From assembly GCA_902615845.1 (NCBI GenBank), contig CACMQS010000005.1:19711-83710 (forward strand): a stretch of 64,000 nt of DNA, written 5' to 3'. This DNA is from an uncultured Alphaproteobacteria bacterium (GTDB lineage: Bacteria; Pseudomonadota; Alphaproteobacteria; HIMB59; GCA-002718135). Both the position numbers and the translations under genes were made by a program. Below are positions 61,279 to 64,000 of the stretch, in pieces. How positions within the stretch are numbered: position 1 is the first letter of the stretch; each line of letters starts with the position of its first letter. The notes below the pieces were generated by a model that ran no database searches, was not told the origin of the DNA, and worked only from the letters and a program-made list of their open reading frames with translations.

Positions 61279-62196
61279 ATGAAAATTTTAGGATCTGAAA
61301 TCACACCCTATAAGACATATTTAAATAGACGAAAGTTTATAAAGGGATCTTTGGCTAGTGCTATGCTAGCTACTGTTCCATCATCAGCATTTGCAAATCA
61401 TGAAAGTGATCCTTCAATTTATAGTAAAAATTTAAATGAAAACGATAAACTTAATTCTTACGAAGAAATTACTACCTACAATAACTTCTATGAATTTGGT
61501 ACTCACAAAAAACATCCTCATTTAAACTCTGGAAATTTTAAACCTAGGCCATGGACAATAAAAATAGATGGTCTGGTGAAAAAACCTCAAACATTTGACT
61601 TAGAAAAAATTTTATCAAATGTAACAATAGAAGATAGAGTGTATCGATTAAGATGTGTTGAAGCTTGGTCCATGGTCATTCCTTGGCAAGGCTTTCAACT
61701 ATCTGAACTTATAAAAATGGCTGAACCCTTAAATTCAGCAAAGTATGTTCAATTTGTAACTGTGTTCAGACCAGAAGAAATGCCAGGTCAGCAAAAGAGA
61801 ACAATCATTTGGCCATATAGAGAAGGGCTTCGAATGGATGAAGCAATGAATCCTCTAACAATATTAGCAACTGGATTGTATGGTCATGAAATGCCTAATC
61901 AAAATGGTGCACCCATAAGATTAGTTGTTCCATGGAAGTATGGTTTCAAATCAATTAAATCAATTGTGGAAATTAGATTTTTAGATACTCAACCTGAAAC
62001 ATCTTGGGAAACTTTAGCTCCTTGGGAATATGGTTTTTATGCTAATGTTAATCCTAATGTTAATCATCCAAGATGGAGTCAAGGAACAGAGAGACGAATT
62101 GGAGAGTTTAAAAGAAGAGAAACACTTATGTTTAATGGCTATGAAGAAGAAGTAGCACATCTCTATAAAGATTTAGATTTGACTAAATTTTATTAA
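61279..62196 (+). CDS. msrP: Protein-methionine-sulfoxide reductase catalytic subunit MsrP (YedY, molybdopterin)
   Basis: Tat motif NRRKFIKG, YNNFYEFG, RCVEAWSMVIPW and NGAPIRLVVPWKYGFKSIKSIV. It is collinear with E. coli MsrP. Confidence 0.93.
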   Translation: MKILGSEITPYKTYLNRRKFIKGSLASAMLATVPSSAFANHESDPSIYSKNLNENDKLNSYEEITTYNNFYEFGTHKKHPHLNSGNFKPRPWTIKIDGLVKKPQTFDLEKILSNVTIEDRVYRLRCVEAWSMVIPWQGFQLSELIKMAEPLNSAKYVQFVTVFRPEEMPGQQKRTIIWPYREGLRMDEAMNPLTILATGLYGHEMPNQNGAPIRLVVPWKYGFKSIKSIVEIRFLDTQPETSWETLAPWEYGFYANVNPNVNHPRWSQGTERRIGEFKRRETLMFNGYEEEVAHLYKDLDLTKFY

Positions 62197-62199
62197 TGA

Positions 62200-62805
62200 A
62201 TGTTTTCAACAAAAAATTTTAACCGCAGTAAACCTGTCTTATTTATTTTAATTCTATTTCCTAGTCTACTCTGGGCGTACCAATTTGTTACTGGGAATCT
62301 TGGAGTAAATCCAATTGAAAAACTAATGGATGAGTTAGGTCTAATGGCACTCAGATTAATAATAATAACTCTTATGATTACTACTCTATCAAATATTAGA
62401 CCTTTAAAATCAATAGTTGTATTACGAAGAATGATTGGACTTTTTGCTTTCTATTATGTCTGTTTGCATTTCTCCACTTACATAGTTTTAGATCATTTTT
62501 TAGATATGCAATTTATCATACAAGATATTATAAAAAGACCATTTATAACTTTTGGTTTTATAAGCTTTCTTTTTTTAATCCCACTTGCTAGCACTTCAAC
62601 AAACAATATGATTAAACGATTAGGTTTTAAATTATGGAAGAAAATTCATTATTTAATTTACCCAGTAGCCATTCTAGCTAGTATGCATTTTTATGTTTTA
62701 GTTCGTGCTGATAAAACTGAACCAGTTATTTATATGGGAATAATTATCCTCTTATTACTTCAAAGAATATTTAAAAGACTTACTCGTCATCAGTTGGTTC
62801 AGTAA
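62200..62805 (+). CDS. msrQ: MsrQ (YedZ) haem-b membrane subunit
   Basis: 201 aa with six TM segments, ferric-reductase-like conserved His residues, directly after msrP. Confidence 0.88.
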   Translation: MFSTKNFNRSKPVLFILILFPSLLWAYQFVTGNLGVNPIEKLMDELGLMALRLIIITLMITTLSNIRPLKSIVVLRRMIGLFAFYYVCLHFSTYIVLDHFLDMQFIIQDIIKRPFITFGFISFLFLIPLASTSTNNMIKRLGFKLWKKIHYLIYPVAILASMHFYVLVRADKTEPVIYMGIIILLLLQRIFKRLTRHQLVQ

Positions 62806-64000
62806 CGGGGTTCATTTCCATACCGGCAGGACTAATATTTCGTGGTAAAGGATTATATTGTGATTCAAGATCACGCGGTTTAGTTCTTTGAGTCATTCTA
62901 TACAAACCAAATAGTCCTAGTAGTCCATGTATTAAAAATAAATAGATGTAAAAACCTACAGCCCCCAAAATTTCCATGAATCCAGAAACAAACAAAGGTC
63001 CGATAATTGATCCAATACCAATAAGTATACCAAAGGTTGCACTTGCTGATACTATCTCATTGGGTTGTAAGAAGTCATTTGTATGAGCAACCGTAAGTGA
63101 ATACATTGGTAAACATGTAACTGAAAAAAGACCAGTAAAAATTAAGAATAATGTTAGCGGCATAAAGTTTGCAAAAACAAAAAATAAACTCAAACCTGAA
63201 GTCATAAAAGAAACACCAATAAGAATAACACGTCTATCAATTCTATCTGACAAATATCCAATAGGCCATTGAGATAGGGCGCCAGCGGACGTTATAATCA
63301 TCATATATAGAGAAATTTCAAATAAGCTTAAATTAATAGATGATGCATAAATTGCACCGTAACCAAAAACTGCACTATGCGATAAACCAGTTGCTAGAGC
63401 GCCAACAAAACCTAAAGGTGAAACAGTGTAAAATTCTCTTAAAGAAAAAAATTTAGGACTTTCTGTATTAGGTTGTTCTGTTGAAGAAAGAAGAATAGGA
63501 AGAAGTGCGAATGATAATAAGATTGATACTAAAATAAATAAATCAACTTTAGCTGGATCACCTAAATTTAATAAAAATTGCCCTGCTCCAACAAACACAA
63601 AAGTAATAATCATGTAAACGGAAAGTAATTGGCCGCGAGTTTGATTAGTTGATTTTTCATTCAACCAACTCTCCATGATCACATAAATTCCAGCAAGACT
63701 TAAACCAGTTAATATTCGTATAAACATCCATGAATAGGGATGAACAAATACTGAGTGTAATAATATAGCGATAGAAGCAAGTGATGCTAAAGCGGCAAAA
63801 ACTCTTATGTGACCAACACGTTGTAAAAAAATGGGAATTGTTAACGCACCAGTTAAATATCCAACGTAATAACCAGCTATAATAAGTCCTGATGCAAAAA
63901 AACTAAAACCCTCTAAAACAGAACGAACACCGATAAGTGTTCCTTGCAGACCGTGACCAAGACTAATTAAAGCAAAGCCAAAAAAAAGAGCCCAAGTGTT
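62780..64000 (-). CDS. MFS transporter (5-prime end beyond the window)
   Basis: Polytopic hydrophobic ORF. The reading frame stays open upstream of the ORF-track Met (63727) to the window edge. Its 3-prime end overlaps msrQ by 26 nt. Confidence 0.8.
   Translation of the reverse strand, partial: NTWALFFGFALISLGHGLQGTLIGVRSVLEGFSFFASGLIIAGYYVGYLTGALTIPIFLQRVGHIRVFAALASLASIAILLHSVFVHPYSWMFIRILTGLSLAGIYVIMESWLNEKSTNQTRGQLLSVYMIITFVFVGAGQFLLNLGDPAKVDLFILVSILLSFALLPILLSSTEQPNTESPKFFSLREFYTVSPLGFVGALATGLSHSAVFGYGAIYASSINLSLFEISLYMMIITSAGALSQWPIGYLSDRIDRRVILIGVSFMTSGLSLFFVFANFMPLTLFLIFTGLFSVTCLPMYSLTVAHTNDFLQPNEIVSASATFGILIGIGSIIGPLFVSGFMEILGAVGFYIYLFLIHGLLGLFGLYRMTQRTKPRDLESQYNPLPRNISPAGMEMNPVTEPTDDE

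Overview
The window is a gene-dense, very AT-rich chromosomal segment with no rRNA, tRNA, CRISPR array, transposase, integrase or prophage signal that I can see. Gene content and order point to a streamlined marine alphaproteobacterium of the SAR11/Pelagibacterales type. The supporting arrangements are hslVU next to hisBHAFE, rph-rdgB divergent from hrcA-grpE-dnaKJ, an HslV with an N-terminal extension, and a Mg-type HemB. This taxonomic call is inference only. I call about 68 protein genes, nearly all conserved housekeeping or transport functions. They include histidine biosynthesis, the heat-shock core, pyruvate carboxylase, a BMP-type nucleoside ABC importer, katG, thrS/cysS/hemB, a complete pabBAC-folPBK folate cluster, cdd-punA-deoA, add and adenosine kinase, an Fe3+ ABC system and msrPQ. 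Many junctions are translationally coupled overlaps (ATGA, TAATG, TAGTG), and several convergent gene pairs overlap at their 3-prime ends. HrcA is the only transcription factor. No classical defence or mobile system is present. The most interesting leads are: (1) a TrpF-like gene fused by overlap to a folE-less folate cluster, plus a stand-alone ribA, suggesting a RibA+TrpF bypass of FolE; (2) a lipoprotein subtilase with a C-terminal beta-barrel, coupled to a small lipoprotein and preceded by a PAPS-type sulfotransferase; (3) a coupled DUF1800/DUF1501 (Tat) pair beside nucleoside catabolism genes; (4) a structured, motif-rich leader in front of the Fe3+-binding protein gene; (5) katG itself in this genomic background. 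All coordinates come from the supplied ORF track plus my own reading. Start codons marked uncertain are stated as such.
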